Below the pieces are notes generated by a model. The model was not told the DNA's origin, ran no database searches, and saw nothing but the letters and a program-made list of their open reading frames with translations. A stretch of DNA of 64,000 bases, from the NCBI GenBank assembly GCA_963737655.1, contig CAVTTN010000002.1, positions 6,592,001-6,656,000 of the forward strand. Direction: 5' to 3'. The translations under genes and the position numbers were made by a program. Below, piece after piece: positions 1 to 11,840 of this stretch (its first letter is position 1; the number at the start of each line of letters is the position of its first letter). Origin of the DNA: an uncultured Planctomycetota bacterium (GTDB lineage Bacteria; Planctomycetota; Planctomycetia; Isosphaerales; Isosphaeraceae).

Positions 1-129
1 CGTCCCGTCGAGGAATCGAGGGGACGGGGGGTGAAAATTCAGGCCGATCCAGTCCGCGCCGGCCTCGGAGGCGGCGACGGCATCCTCCGGCGAGGTCAGC
101 CCGCAAATCTTGACGAGCGTGGGGTGCAT
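1..129 (-). CDS. trpF: Phosphoribosylanthranilate isomerase, N-terminal part (runs off window start)
   Basis: Manual translation [39 protein letters not shown] has the TrpF VKICG...GAD.IG..F...SPR signature; not in ORF track. Confidence 0.9.
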   Translation of the reverse strand, partial: MHPTLVKICGLTSPEDAVAASEAGADWIGLNFHPPSPRFLDGT

Positions 130-223
130 GCAATGCACCGATCGGTTCGGATGTCGCCGAGCCCGCAACTTCTCCTCAAGGACATGCCCACGAGGACGTG
201 GGCATGCCACCCGAGACGGGTTC

Positions 224-559
224 TCAGACCGTCACTCCCAGGCGTTCGAGGGCGGCCTTGTACTTCGCCTCGGGCTGGAGGCCGACGATCCGATCGACTT
301 CCTTGCCGCCCTGGAAGAAGATCACCGCCGGGATGCCGCTGATCCGCAGGTTGGGCGGGGTCACGGCGTTCTGATCGGTGTCCATCTTGCCAATCTTGAC
401 CTTGCCGGAGTAGCTCTCGGCGAGCTTCTCGATGGTCGGTGCGAGCATCCGGCAGGGTCCGCACCACGGGGCCCAGAAATCGACGACGACCGGCGTCTCG
501 GACTCCAGGACTTCCGACTTCCAGTTGGCGTCGGTAAACTCCAGCACGTTCCCGGCCAT
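224..559 (-). CDS. trxA: Thioredoxin
   Basis: [10 protein letters not shown]...[11 protein letters not shown] active-site motif, 111 aa. Confidence 0.95.
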   Translation of the reverse strand: MAGNVLEFTDANWKSEVLESETPVVVDFWAPWCGPCRMLAPTIEKLAESYSGKVKIGKMDTDQNAVTPPNLRISGIPAVIFFQGGKEVDRIVGLQPEAKYKAALERLGVTV

Positions 560-658
560 GGCGTCTTCCCCGGACAGAGTTCTGGGTTCGTTCGTCGCGA
601 AACCCGACCGCCCCGGCGGCGATCGCCGGACCGGGGCGGGACTGGAGGTCATTATAAG

Positions 659-1843
659 TTGGGCGAAACCCGAGTCAACGGACCGAAGGCCGAGGCGGCA
701 CCCGCCGGGCCCTCCTGGCAAGACTGGATCGACCCGAGGCGGCTGGGCGTGATGAGGTCGATGCTGGGCTTCGTCCCGGTCGCGGCGGCCCTGAGCCTGG
801 CCGGCGTCTCCCCGTCGTTCCAGTTCATCGCCGCGTGCCTGGCCATCCTCCCCCTGGCCGGCATCATGGGCGAGGCGACCGAGAGGCTGGCCGAGAGGCT
901 CGGGCCGGGTGTTGGCGGCCTTCTCAACGCCACGTTCGGCAACGCGGCCGAGCTCATCATCGCCCTGTTCGCCCTCTCCCGGGGGCTGGACGACGTGGTC
1001 AAGGCCAGCCTGACCGGGAGCGTAATCGGCAATCTGCTGCTGGTGCTGGGCGGCAGCGCCCTGGCCGGCGGCTTGAAGTATCGGGTCCAGAGGTTCAACA
1101 AGACGGCCGCCGGTGTGGGAGGGACGCTGATGGCCCTGGCCGCCGTCTCGATGCTCGTCCCGGCCTTGTTCCATCGCCTGGTGGGGGGCGTCAAGACCGC
1201 ACCGGGCCTGGAGCATCGCCTGAGCGTTTCGGTGGCCATCCTCCTCCTGATCCTCTACGGCCTGAACCTGGTGTTCAGCCTGAAGACCCACAAGGACCTC
1301 TACAACCCGAAAGCCGACGACGGCGACCTGGAAGAGGAGCACGGAGGCCGCCACGCCTGGGGGATCCGTCGATCCTCGGCGGTCCTCGTCGTCGCGACTC
1401 TCCTCGTGGCGTGGATGAGCGAGATCCTGGTCGGCGCCGTCGAGTCGGCGGGGGAGGCGATGGGCCTGTCGGACCTCTTCATGGGCGTTTTCGTCCTGGC
1501 GATCATCGGGAACGCGGCCGAGCACTCGACGGCCCTGCTCATGGCCCGCAAGAACAAGATGGACCTGGCCGTGGGGATCGCGATGGGCTCGGCCCTTCAG
1601 ATCGCCCTGTTCGTGGCGCCGGTCCTGGTCCTCGCCAGTTATCTCCGCCCCTCGGGGCCGATGGACCTGCTGTTCACGCCCCTGGAGGTCGTCGCGGTGA
1701 TCCTTGCGGTGGTGATCGCCCGGATGGTGGCCGAGGACGGGGAGTCCAACTGGCTGGAAGGCGCCATGCTCCTGATGATCTACGCCCTGCTGGGCCTCGC
1801 GTTCTTCTTTCTGCCCGAAGCCGTCGGCCCCGCCCCGGGATGA
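659..1843 (+). CDS. cax: Ca2+/H+ antiporter (CaCA family)
   Basis: Alpha repeats GNAAE (TFGNAAE, IGNAAEH), many TM helices; TTG start after GGAGG is inferred. Confidence 0.9.
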   Translation: MGETRVNGPKAEAAPAGPSWQDWIDPRRLGVMRSMLGFVPVAAALSLAGVSPSFQFIAACLAILPLAGIMGEATERLAERLGPGVGGLLNATFGNAAELIIALFALSRGLDDVVKASLTGSVIGNLLLVLGGSALAGGLKYRVQRFNKTAAGVGGTLMALAAVSMLVPALFHRLVGGVKTAPGLEHRLSVSVAILLLILYGLNLVFSLKTHKDLYNPKADDGDLEEEHGGRHAWGIRRSSAVLVVATLLVAWMSEILVGAVESAGEAMGLSDLFMGVFVLAIIGNAAEHSTALLMARKNKMDLAVGIAMGSALQIALFVAPVLVLASYLRPSGPMDLLFTPLEVVAVILAVVIARMVAEDGESNWLEGAMLLMIYALLGLAFFFLPEAVGPAPG

Positions 1844-1916
1844 CCGGGCCCTGGTCCCCCGGCGCTCGGATGCCTAACCTGGATGCTGCTCCCATGCACC
1901 CCGAGAGGAGGCGCCC

Positions 1917-2653
1917 ATGAATCGCGTCGCGAGATGGTGGCTGGCCCTGCTCGTCCTCGCCGCTCCGGCAGTCGCCCAGGACGCACCGAAGCCCGAGGAA
2001 AAGGAGGCGGCCAAGCCGAAGTCCCGGCCCAGGCGCCCGCGCACGAACCGATCGATCGCACCTACATGGGCCGGGAGATCGCCGATGTGATGAGCTACCT
2101 CGGCGCCGACTGGCTGATCCGCCCCGAGCGCGAGGACGAGGAACGGCCCGAGGCCATGCTCGACGCCCTGAAGCTCAAGCCGGGGGACGTCGTCGCCGAC
2201 GTCGGCGCGGGCGTGGGCTACACGAGCTTGAGGCTGGCGAAGCGGGTCGGGCCGAAGGGGACCGTCTACGCGACGGACATCCAGCCCCAGATGATCGCCA
2301 TGCTCAAGGACAACCTCAAACGGGCGAAGGTCGCGAACGTCAAGCCCGTCCTCTGCACCGGCGACGACCCGAAACTGCCCGAATCGGTCGTCGATCTGGC
2401 GATCATGATCGACGTCTACCACGAATGCGCGAACCCCGCGGCCACCCTGAAGGGGCTCCACAAGGCGCTGAAGCCCAAGGGCCGGCTCGTCCTGGTCGAG
2501 TTCCGCGCCGAGGACCCGGACGTCCCGATCAAGCCCGAGCACAAGATGACCGTCGAGCAGGTCCGCAAGGAGATCGAGCCCCAGGGCTTCGCCTTCAAGG
2601 AGCTCCAGGACTTCCTCCCCTGGCAACACATCATCATCTTCGAGAAGAAGTAG
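1917..2653 (+). CDS. Secreted class I SAM-dependent methyltransferase (frameshift at ~2048, probably a sequence error)
   Basis: ATG 1917 after GAGGAG gives signal peptide MNRVARWWLALLVLAAPAVAQ; one extra C joins it to the frame with motif I VADVGAGVGY. Confidence 0.8.
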
Positions 2654-2711
2654 GATGCGTGAAATGCGCCATCTTCCATTCGCGTCATGCGTGGGAATGG
2701 AAGATGGCGCA
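2650..2711. repeat. GTAG-type REP-like element with 17-bp hairpin between convergent genes
   Basis: GTAGGATGCGTGAAATGCGCC; perfect IR TGCGCCATCTTCCATTC (2665-2681) / GAATGGAAGATGGCGCA (2695-2711). Confidence 0.6.
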
Positions 2712-2722
2712 CCTCCGGCCCA

Positions 2723-3772
2723 TCACTTGAGGGTCGCCCGCCATTCCTCGTCCAGTTCCTGGACCGTCTTGCCGGTGAGGTCCTTGAACATTTCTTCCTT
2801 GTACGTCCCCTCGCGCATGGCGGCGTTGAGCTTGCGGACGAGGTCCTTGTCGTACTTCTCGGCGACGAAGGCGAGGAAGGCGGCGGTGGTCCGGTAACTG
2901 GCGTTGTAGCGGGCACGGTCGGCCCGAATGGGGCCGATCTTGCCGGGCTCGTATTTGAAGAATCGCACGTAATCCGCCACGCCCTCGACCAGCCAGCCGG
3001 GGTTCCGGCCTCGATAGCGCTGGACGATGTGCGTCGTCTCGTGGACCATCGCGCCGACGTCGTCGGGATGGCCCTTGAAGTAATCGACCGAGCCGGTGAT
3101 CCGGCCGCCTCCGGCCTCGGCCACGCCCTTGTAACTGGACTTGAAGGTCATCCGGATCGAGTGGGCGGGCTTGTACCCGTCGCTGCGGAGCTCCTCGTTA
3201 ATCATCGGGTAGGCCCGCTCGCAGGCTCCGGCGACTTTCTCGGCCCAGTCCTTCAGGTCCGGGGCGTCGGTCACGTCCACGGCGATCTCGATCGGGTACT
3301 TGAACGTCATCACCGGAGGGTCGGAGTCGACGGCGATCTCGCGGACGACCAGGGGATGAAGCTGCTCCCCCTCGGGCCGGATGCGCACGCTCTTCACCAT
3401 CTTCCCCGCCGCCTCACCCCGGGCCGAACCCTCGGCGAACCTCGCCAGGGGTTCGAACGCCTTGCCGTCGGCCGAGACCTCGAGCGATCCCGAATCGAGC
3501 CGATCGCCGCCGTCGGGCTTGCCCGACTTCACCGCCACGGCTTTCAGGGAGACGGGGCGCTCAAAGACCAGGGTGAACGAATCGTCGGCCCCGGGGTTTT
3601 TCTCGGAGGCGAAAAAGGTCGAGTCGTCGCCATCGAAGGCGAACTGGCGGACCTGCCGGGCGGAGGTCGCCAGCGAGCTTTCGACGGTCGCGGGGACGGA
3701 TCCGACGGGGCCCACGTCAAGATTCATCGCGACCGATGGCAAGAGGAAGCAAGCCGAGATGAGGCGAAGCAT
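2723..3772 (-). CDS. Secreted basic-secretory-protein-like zinc peptidase with N-terminal discoidin-like domain
   Basis: Signal peptide; HETTH (HExxH) and PGWLVEGVADYVR motifs. Confidence 0.75.
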   Translation of the reverse strand: MLRLISACFLLPSVAMNLDVGPVGSVPATVESSLATSARQVRQFAFDGDDSTFFASEKNPGADDSFTLVFERPVSLKAVAVKSGKPDGGDRLDSGSLEVSADGKAFEPLARFAEGSARGEAAGKMVKSVRIRPEGEQLHPLVVREIAVDSDPPVMTFKYPIEIAVDVTDAPDLKDWAEKVAGACERAYPMINEELRSDGYKPAHSIRMTFKSSYKGVAEAGGGRITGSVDYFKGHPDDVGAMVHETTHIVQRYRGRNPGWLVEGVADYVRFFKYEPGKIGPIRADRARYNASYRTTAAFLAFVAEKYDKDLVRKLNAAMREGTYKEEMFKDLTGKTVQELDEEWRATLK

Positions 3773-3944
3773 CAAGGACTCCGGAGGTTCGATCTCGTGA
3801 GTTTCGAAGGACGACGAACCGTGAAACCCGGAGCCCTCACCGGCGATGCGTCGCGAACGACGATCGAGACGCTTCGCCTCTCAGGAATTCCATCCCCGAG
3901 ATCGCTAACGGCATGGTGTCTCTCTCCGTCTCCGGTTCGTCACA

Positions 3945-4739
3945 TCATCTTACAGCCGATGCCTCGGGGGCGTCGAGGGACGGATCGGGCCAGCATTCGC
4001 GGGCGGTCCGCGCGACGATCCTCTTGCGGAGGGGCGCCCCGGCGAACGCCACGACGACCAGCCCGACGAAGAAGCCGAGGCACAGGGCCGTCCGGACGGC
4101 CTCCGGCGGGCGGCCTCGGCGCTCGATCAGGACGAGCGAGGCCGCGAAGGCGATCCCGAGGAGCAGCAAGGTCTGCGCGATCAGGACCGTCCGCACGCGG
4201 TTGTCCCAGATCCCCCGGACCCTCGGCCCGATCGGGGGCCACGAGCCGATCCGCCAGGCGTCGCGGGCCTCGGGGCCGATCCAGACCTTCACCCGCCCCG
4301 ACAGGGCCGCGATCGTCCCCATCGTCGAGACGATCAGGAAGGCGAACGAGGCCAGGAACAGGGCGATCCACGTCCCCAGCCACTGGCGGAGGACGGCCGC
4401 CGGGGCGCCGTTGGCCCCCTGCGCCAGTCCCACGATCAGGAGGACCGCGCCCAGCCCCGCCACCAGGCCGGTCAGGGCGACCTTGGCGAACCCCCACGAC
4501 GCCTGGAACAGGGCGCAGGCCCCGGCCCGTCGTCGATCCGGATCGGTCTTCGCCAGCCATCGGGCCGTCAGCAGGTCGTCCCAACCGAACTTCAGGCAGG
4601 CCACGACCACCCCGAGGATCGGGTTGTCCGTCGCCTCGAAAAGGACCACGCCGGCGATCAGCGGCAGCCATCGCCACAGACTCGGCGGACGGCGGGGCCG
4701 GGTCTCGGCCGGCTCCTCGGCGTTTTCGATCGAAAACAT
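3945..4739 (-). CDS. Hypothetical membrane protein
   Basis: Several hydrophobic segments; downstream of aminotransferase on the same strand. Confidence 0.6.
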   Translation of the reverse strand: MFSIENAEEPAETRPRRPPSLWRWLPLIAGVVLFEATDNPILGVVVACLKFGWDDLLTARWLAKTDPDRRRAGACALFQASWGFAKVALTGLVAGLGAVLLIVGLAQGANGAPAAVLRQWLGTWIALFLASFAFLIVSTMGTIAALSGRVKVWIGPEARDAWRIGSWPPIGPRVRGIWDNRVRTVLIAQTLLLLGIAFAASLVLIERRGRPPEAVRTALCLGFFVGLVVVAFAGAPLRKRIVARTARECWPDPSLDAPEASAVR

Positions 4740-4764
4740 GGTCAAAGATCGGCCCTCCGACCCC

Positions 4765-5933
4765 TCAGACGATCACCTGAAGCGTCCTCAGCCGAGCGAT
4801 GGCCCCATCCAGCGTCTCGTCCTTCTTGCAGAAGCAGAACCGGACGTATTGCCGGCCGAGGTCCGAGTTTCGATAGAAGCTCGAACCGGGCACCGAGGCC
4901 ACGCCGATTTCCTGGACGAGCCGCCTTGCGAATTCGACGTCGGATTCCGCGCCGAACGCGCCGATCTCGGCCATCACGTAGTAGGCGCCCTGGGGGAAAT
5001 CGAGGTCGAAGCCGATCTCCACGAGGGCCGAGCAGAGCTTGTCTCGCCTCGCCTGATAACCCGCCTTCAGTCGGTCGTAATACTCCCGAGGCATCCGGTA
5101 GGCGATCGCGCCGGCCTCCTGGAGCGGGGCGGCGGCGCCGATCGAGACGAAGTCGTGGAGCTGGCGGAACGCCTTGCTCATCGGAGGGGCGCGAGGATCG
5201 TCCCCACCCTCCAGCCCGTGACCGAGTACGTCTTGGACATCCCGCCGACCGTCACCGACCTCTCGCGCATCCCGTCCAGCGACGCGAGGCAGACGTGCTC
5301 TCGACCGTCGTAGAGGATGTGCTCATAAATTTCGTCCGTGATGGCAATGACGTCCCATTTCCGGCAGAGGGCGGCGACGTGCTCCAGCTCGCCTCGGGTG
5401 AAGACGGTGCCGGTGGGGTTGTTCGGGTTGCAGAGGACGATGGCCTTGGTGCGGTCGTTGAAGGCGGAGGCGAGCTCGTCGGGGTCGAACGTCCATCCCG
5501 GGGGACGCACCGGCACGAATCGCGGGGTCGCGCCGGCGAGGATGGCGTCGGGCCAGTAGTTCTCGTAGAAGGGCTGGGAGAGGATGACCTCGTCCCCGGG
5601 GTTGATCAGGGCCATCAGGGCGACGAGCATGGCCTCCGTGCTGCCGCAGGTGACGGTGATCTCGGACTCGGGATCAATGTCCAGGCCGAGGTGCCAGGCG
5701 GCATGCTCGGCGATGGCCTCGCGAAGGGGTCGGGCGCCCCAGGTGATCGCATACTGATTGATGTCGGCCTGGATGGCCCGGCAGGCGGCGTCCTTGATCT
5801 CGGCCGGGGCGGGAAAATCCGGCATGCCCTGGGCCAGGTTCACCGCTCCGTATTTCCGGGCCTCGACGGACATCCCTCGGATCACGCTCTCGGCGAAGAG
5901 TCCGGACTTCCGCGAGAGCAGGGGGGCTTGCAT
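4765..5933 (-). CDS. PLP-dependent aminotransferase class I/II (frameshift at ~5186, probably a homopolymer error)
   Basis: NLAQGMPDF, NPNNPTG, DEIY, SKTYSVTGWRVG; C-terminus continues in ORF 4765-5181 (VRFCFCK). Confidence 0.9.
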
Positions 5934-6408
5934 GGCGGGGAGCGGCTCCGGCGAGGTCTCGTTCGAGGAAGATCGGCCTTCCAGGTTAGTCGAACCGAGG
6001 CCGGAAGGGGAAGCGACGGGACTCGGCCTCGCTCCGATCTCCGGGTAGGATGGGCGGGTCGATCCCGCCGAGTCCGGCCGACGGGCGAAGGTGGATCGAT
6101 GACAATCGACGACCCCTGGAAGCGACGCATCGGGCCGCTTGGGCGACCTTCCCGGGGCCGCTGAAGGAGGCCGTGACGGGTTGAGGGTGGCGCGATCGGC
6201 CCGATCGTTGCGTCCGTCAGGTCCGGCGGATCGGGAACGGCGAGAGGCGGATCGGCGGGGATCGGCCGGGCCAGTCGTCGAGCGTCGGCCGATAGACCGG
6301 GAAAGAGGGCCGTCGGGCGTCGCGGGCGGTCGCGGATCGATCGAGTGGTCATGTCACGGACGGCCCCCGAGGCGCCAGCCGCGCCCAGGGGATCGGGAGG
6401 GTTCAAGG

Positions 6409-7299
6409 ATGGCATCGAGGCGCCAGGGCGGACGGTCGAATCGGCGGACGTTCCAGCCCGAGCCGGTCGGGCCCCTGGAGGCCCGGATCGTGCTCTCGCA
6501 GACCTACATCCCGCCGCTCCCCCAGCAACCGAGGGTCGTGACCCACGTGATCAAGGGCGGACACGCCGCCTACGTCCGGGACACCGATTTCGAACTCTAC
6601 GAGATTGACGTCGTGGGAGGCGGGACCGTCCATGCGGAGCCGATGTCCGGCGGCCGGGTCAAGCTGATTGTGAACGGAACGACCACGTCGAGCGAGCTTT
6701 CGATCAACCCGACGATCCGGGAGAGGCGTAAGGGAATCGCCCACACCTACCCGGGTCAATCGAAGGTCCAGGACAACGTGCTCCATGTCGGCGAAATCGA
6801 CGTGACCTCGGGCCAGATCGGCTCGATCCTGGGCTATCGAACGGCCGAGCTTTCCGGGGCGGTCACGATCCCGGGGACGGAGTCGGTCAGCCGGATCGCC
6901 TTCCAGTCGCTGGTGCCGGGGGCCTCGATCACCACGGGCGGGGACCTGGACACCTTCGACGTCTTCAACGATCTGACAATCGGTGGAGGCCCCGGGATCA
7001 ACGTGGGCCGGGACTTGAACTGGCTGAACGTCGGGGGGACCGTGACGGTCAATTCCGGGTCGTCGTTGGCCGTGGGTCGAGACATCGGCCTGAATGCCCA
7101 GGCTGCCAAAGGGACCGATCCGGGCGGTCAGGGGGCGGAGATCCTGGGCGACTTGGTCATCAATCCTGGGGGCAGCTTGACCGTCGGCCGGTCGCTGGAT
7201 GCCCAGTTCATCGTCCAGGGATCGGTCACCGGGGCCAGCCTGATCTCCATCCCCCAGGGCGGCACGAACTTCGTCTCCCGGGGCGGATTCACGAGCTGA
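6409..7299 (+). CDS. Planctomycete extracellular protein
   Basis: N-terminal RRTFQPEPVGPLEARIVLS export motif; Gly/Val/Thr-rich beta-repeat C-terminus. Confidence 0.7.
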   Translation: MASRRQGGRSNRRTFQPEPVGPLEARIVLSQTYIPPLPQQPRVVTHVIKGGHAAYVRDTDFELYEIDVVGGGTVHAEPMSGGRVKLIVNGTTTSSELSINPTIRERRKGIAHTYPGQSKVQDNVLHVGEIDVTSGQIGSILGYRTAELSGAVTIPGTESVSRIAFQSLVPGASITTGGDLDTFDVFNDLTIGGGPGINVGRDLNWLNVGGTVTVNSGSSLAVGRDIGLNAQAAKGTDPGGQGAEILGDLVINPGGSLTVGRSLDAQFIVQGSVTGASLISIPQGGTNFVSRGGFTS

Positions 7300-7306
7300 A
7301 TCCGGG

Positions 7307-7340
7307 GGCGGAGGGCGCGCGATTCGGCGCGCCCTCCGCC
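7307..7340. terminator. 14-bp GC hairpin between convergent genes
   Basis: GGCGGAGGGCGCGC-GATTCG-GCGCGCCCTCCGCC. Confidence 0.5.
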
Positions 7341-7347
7341 TCCTCGA

Positions 7348-8274
<927 letters not shown>

Positions 8275-8325
8275 CGGGCCATCCCTCGAGAAGGGCGGTG
8301 CGTTTCGGGTCGTGAGGGGATCGGA

Positions 8326-8559
8326 TCAGGAGGTCTGGCGGTAGACGTTGGTGTCGTCCTGGAATTCGTCGTCAACGATCGGGGTCTTGTCGATCGCTCC
8401 GCCGAGGGGCCTGCGGGCGTACCAGACGATTCCGGTGATCCCGGCGACGGAGAGCAAGGCGGCCAGGACCGTGTAGGCCACCGGATTCCCTCGGGAGAGT
8501 TCCCGGCCGAAGAGGACCAGGACGCGGAAGCCGGCTCGGGCGAGGAAGAATCGCCGCAT
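8326..8559 (-). CDS. Small membrane protein
   Basis: 77 aa with a TM segment, inside the minus-strand operon. Confidence 0.5.
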   Translation of the reverse strand: MRRFFLARAGFRVLVLFGRELSRGNPVAYTVLAALLSVAGITGIVWYARRPLGGAIDKTPIVDDEFQDDTNVYRQTS

Positions 8560-8584
8560 GGTCGGATCTCAGGCTCGGGGCGAA

Positions 8585-10837
8585 TCAGGGCCTGGCCTTC
8601 TCGGCCGGCGCGGCCTTCAACGGCAAGATGACCCGGATCAGGGTCGTCTGCTTGAGCTTCGGCTCGGCGCCGGCCCCGCCGAGGGCGAGCAAGGCTCCCG
8701 GGCCGTCGATCTCGGCCATGAGGATCGGCCGGTTGAGGTCGAGCTGGGCGGTGAGGTCGAGCCAGCGATACGCGAGGTTCGGGGTCAGGGCGCCTCGACT
8801 CCCCATTCCGTCGTGGAACAGCAACTGGCGGACGAGGTCAGGCCGGGAGGCTTCCGCCTGGGCGTCGTCCCCGGAGGTGTAAGGCCGGCCGTTGTAGTAG
8901 TAGATTTGCTGCCCCTGGTTGAGCTGGACCGCGTTGGGCAGGGTCTCCAGGAAGTTGCTCAAGGCCCGCGACTCCGACGGGTTGACCGTCGCGGTCTGGC
9001 CCGGGGCGAGCGTCCCGAGCGGATAGGCTTGTCGGCCGCACAGCAGCACGGCGTTCTTCATCGGTCGCTTCAGGGCGTTGGTGACAGTCCCCTCGATCCG
9101 GTCTGAGCCCGAGGCCGAGAGGTCCGAATCGAGCGCCTTGGCGGAGGACGGCGACATCCACCGACCGACGAAGCTCTTGGTGCTCCAGATCGGCACGCGG
9201 ACCCCGGAGAGAATCTCCGCCGAGGCTTCTGGCTCGTACGAGTAGCTGGCCCCCGGGAGCCCGACGCCGCCGCCGAATCCCGGATCGGTCGAGCCGAACC
9301 AGCTCATCAGGACCTCCGCGTTCGGCCCGGCCTTGGCGTCGGCGGGAGCGGTGACCCCCTGAGGCGGCTCGGCTTCGGGCGCCTGAGGGACGATCGTCAG
9401 CGAATAATCCCGATTCTGCGGGCTGAACAGGGTCAGCCAGGTCGTCCCCCGGACTCGCCCGGCCGTCTGGTCCACGTCCACCACGTCCACCTTGTTGATC
9501 CGAAGCTCGGTCCCTTTCAGGTAATACGCCGCGCCATAGGCCAGGGCGCTGACGGCGATCACGATCGTCGGGAAGGTGATCCAGGTCATCTCCATGCGCT
9601 TGACGACCTTGCGGAGGAAGAGGTAGTCGCCGGGGCCGATCAGGAGGATATAGAGGAAGACGAAGAACGCGACCCAGCCGAACGGGACGAGCTTCACGCC
9701 GGGGAAGCGTTCCAGACTGCCGTGGAGTGCGGTGGACAGGTCGCTCGACGCCGGTCGATAGAAGGCCCCCACCGGCTGGGCGATCGTCCCGGAGGCGTCG
9801 CTGGCTCGGCCGCGGAGGTCCAGGGCCTTGTCCCAGAAGAGCTTCCGATCTTCCCAGGTCGAGAACGGCTTCTCATCCACGTCCAGCCCAATCACCGTGA
9901 CCCGGCCGAAGCCATAGGGCCCGCGAACGACCAGGGGCGTGGCGACCGAGGCCGCCAGGGGCACGCCGCCCCGCGCCTCCCAACCCTGGAGCTGGGTGAC
10001 CTGGATGTCTCCCGCGGGGATCGGATGGGTCCGAGACTCGGCGAAGAGCTCGATCGGGCCGCGGTCGGTCAACTTCAGCCGGCCCGCCGGGACCGCGGGG
10101 AGGGCCTCGGCCAGCGGCCCTTCGACCACCTTCTGCCAGTTCCGACCCACGGCCACGACCAGATGGCCTCCGCCGGCCACCCATCTCAGGAGCGCCGCCG
10201 CCTTGCCGGACTGGGCGAGGTTGTCCAGGAACACCGAGTCGTTGGTGTCGATCACGATCGAGTCGGCCCCGTCGAAGCCGATCCATCGGCCGGGGAGTCC
10301 GTCCCTCCGGCGGATCGGCTGGACCATCAGCCAGGGGGTCAGCCCCGGGCCGTTCCCGCTGAACTTCGGGAGGGTCGCCATGTCGCCCACGCCCTGGGGA
10401 TTGCCGGCCGTGAGGACCAGCGACGCCTCGGCCCCCAGCGACTCGACATTCCCCCCGTTCCAGCCCGCCTTCGGCCGGCCCCTGGCGTCGAGGATCCTCA
10501 GCCCGAGGTCATTCCCCCGGGCGCTGGGCCTCCCGTAGACGAGCATCGTCCGCATTTCATTCCGGGGGATCTCCTGGAGCCGGAAGACCATTCTCGTGCC
10601 GGTCCCGGAGTCGTCGGCCGCGCCGACCTCGACGAACCCGGAAAACGGCTCGGCGCCGGCCTTCAGGTCGACCCAGATCGGCGTCCACGTCCCCGTCTTG
10701 TACTGGCCGTCGCGGGTGCCGTCGCCGTAGCCGACCCGAACGTTCTCGATCGTGACCGCGGGAGGCGCGGCGGCCCGAGCCGAACCCGTCAGGCCGACGG
10801 CGAGGAACAGGCCCAGGAACCATCGGTCCAGTCTCAT
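8585..10837 (-). CDS. Membrane-anchored protein with GATase-like domain, ABC-associated
   Basis: Signal peptide, L.RWVAGGGHLVV and YGFGRVTV motifs, two central TM helices. Confidence 0.7.
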   Translation of the reverse strand: MRLDRWFLGLFLAVGLTGSARAAAPPAVTIENVRVGYGDGTRDGQYKTGTWTPIWVDLKAGAEPFSGFVEVGAADDSGTGTRMVFRLQEIPRNEMRTMLVYGRPSARGNDLGLRILDARGRPKAGWNGGNVESLGAEASLVLTAGNPQGVGDMATLPKFSGNGPGLTPWLMVQPIRRRDGLPGRWIGFDGADSIVIDTNDSVFLDNLAQSGKAAALLRWVAGGGHLVVAVGRNWQKVVEGPLAEALPAVPAGRLKLTDRGPIELFAESRTHPIPAGDIQVTQLQGWEARGGVPLAASVATPLVVRGPYGFGRVTVIGLDVDEKPFSTWEDRKLFWDKALDLRGRASDASGTIAQPVGAFYRPASSDLSTALHGSLERFPGVKLVPFGWVAFFVFLYILLIGPGDYLFLRKVVKRMEMTWITFPTIVIAVSALAYGAAYYLKGTELRINKVDVVDVDQTAGRVRGTTWLTLFSPQNRDYSLTIVPQAPEAEPPQGVTAPADAKAGPNAEVLMSWFGSTDPGFGGGVGLPGASYSYEPEASAEILSGVRVPIWSTKSFVGRWMSPSSAKALDSDLSASGSDRIEGTVTNALKRPMKNAVLLCGRQAYPLGTLAPGQTATVNPSESRALSNFLETLPNAVQLNQGQQIYYYNGRPYTSGDDAQAEASRPDLVRQLLFHDGMGSRGALTPNLAYRWLDLTAQLDLNRPILMAEIDGPGALLALGGAGAEPKLKQTTLIRVILPLKAAPAEKARP

Positions 10838-10876
10838 GGTCTCTCGCGGCCTCCGCCAGCTTGAAGAGTGGGCAGT

Positions 10877-11203
10877 TCAAGGCTTCTCGGCCGGGTCGCA
10901 ACCGCAAGGGACTTTTCCGCAGCCTCCGGGGCAGGCCCGGCCGTACTTGGTTCGAACGGCCTGATCGAGGTCGATCCCCCGGAGGTTGGCGAGCGTGGCG
11001 AGCCAGGCGAGCACGTCGGCCATCTCCAGGGCGAGTTCCTCGTCGGTCCCCGAGCGCAGGGCGGTGGCCAGTTCGCCGAACTCCTCGGTCAGCCAGAGAA
11101 ACGTCGCCGCGTCGCCGCGGGCGGCATCCTTGGCCCCGTAGAGCTCGCGAATCCGGGCCTGGAGGCCCCGAAGTGTCAGCCCGTCGGTCGATTCTTCGTC
11201 CAT
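10877..11203 (-). CDS. MazG-like nucleotide pyrophosphohydrolase
   Basis: LTEEFGEL...EMADVLAWL; Cys-rich tail. Confidence 0.85.
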   Translation of the reverse strand: MDEESTDGLTLRGLQARIRELYGAKDAARGDAATFLWLTEEFGELATALRSGTDEELALEMADVLAWLATLANLRGIDLDQAVRTKYGRACPGGCGKVPCGCDPAEKP

Positions 11204-11291
11204 CGCGTGGAAATCTTAAAAGATTCGTCCCGGAGTTGCAAACCCCGTCAGGTTTCTCGCGACGCGTGGATTGCATCCAAGCATCGCGAAG

Positions 11292-11840
11292 TCAGGGCGC
11301 GATGGGGCGGTAAATCTTGACGCTCCCGCCCTTCTGGAGCTCCGACATGACGATCGTGGCCTGGGTCACGGTCAAATTCGGCTTGCCATCGGGTCCGCTG
11401 GCGTTCTGGTGGAGGATGGTGAGGCTCTTTCCCTTGGGCCCGACCGCCGAGACGATCGCCGAGTGATGCGGGAACTTCCTCCGGGTGATGATCAGGCTGG
11501 GTTGTCCGCAATCGTCCACGACCCGGCGCTGTTCCTTGAAGGTGGCCTTCTCGAACTGGACGATATCCCCCGGACGGGCCTCTTTGGCCGACTTCACCGG
11601 CGTCCCCCAGAGGTATTCGCCGTCCGCCGCGGGCTCGCGAAGCACCTTGGCCCCGGCCTCGCGAAGGGCTTCCTGGATGAAGGTCGAGCAGACCCCGTCG
11701 CCGACCTGCTCGCCCAGCTTCGACCGGGCGAACGCGACGACCTTCGGGTTGAAGTCCTCGGGCGGGTCGTCGGCCCCGGCCAACGAGGCGACGAGGGTCG
11801 AGGCCGCGACGACGATCAGGGGGACGACCCGCCTCATCAC
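11292..11840 (-). CDS. Secreted papain-fold (CHAP/NlpC-P60-like) protein
   Basis: Signal peptide; VGDGVC, PHHSAIV, ILHQN putative Cys-His-Gln triad. Confidence 0.6.
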   Translation of the reverse strand: MMRRVVPLIVVAASTLVASLAGADDPPEDFNPKVVAFARSKLGEQVGDGVCSTFIQEALREAGAKVLREPAADGEYLWGTPVKSAKEARPGDIVQFEKATFKEQRRVVDDCGQPSLIITRRKFPHHSAIVSAVGPKGKSLTILHQNASGPDGKPNLTVTQATIVMSELQKGGSVKIYRPIAP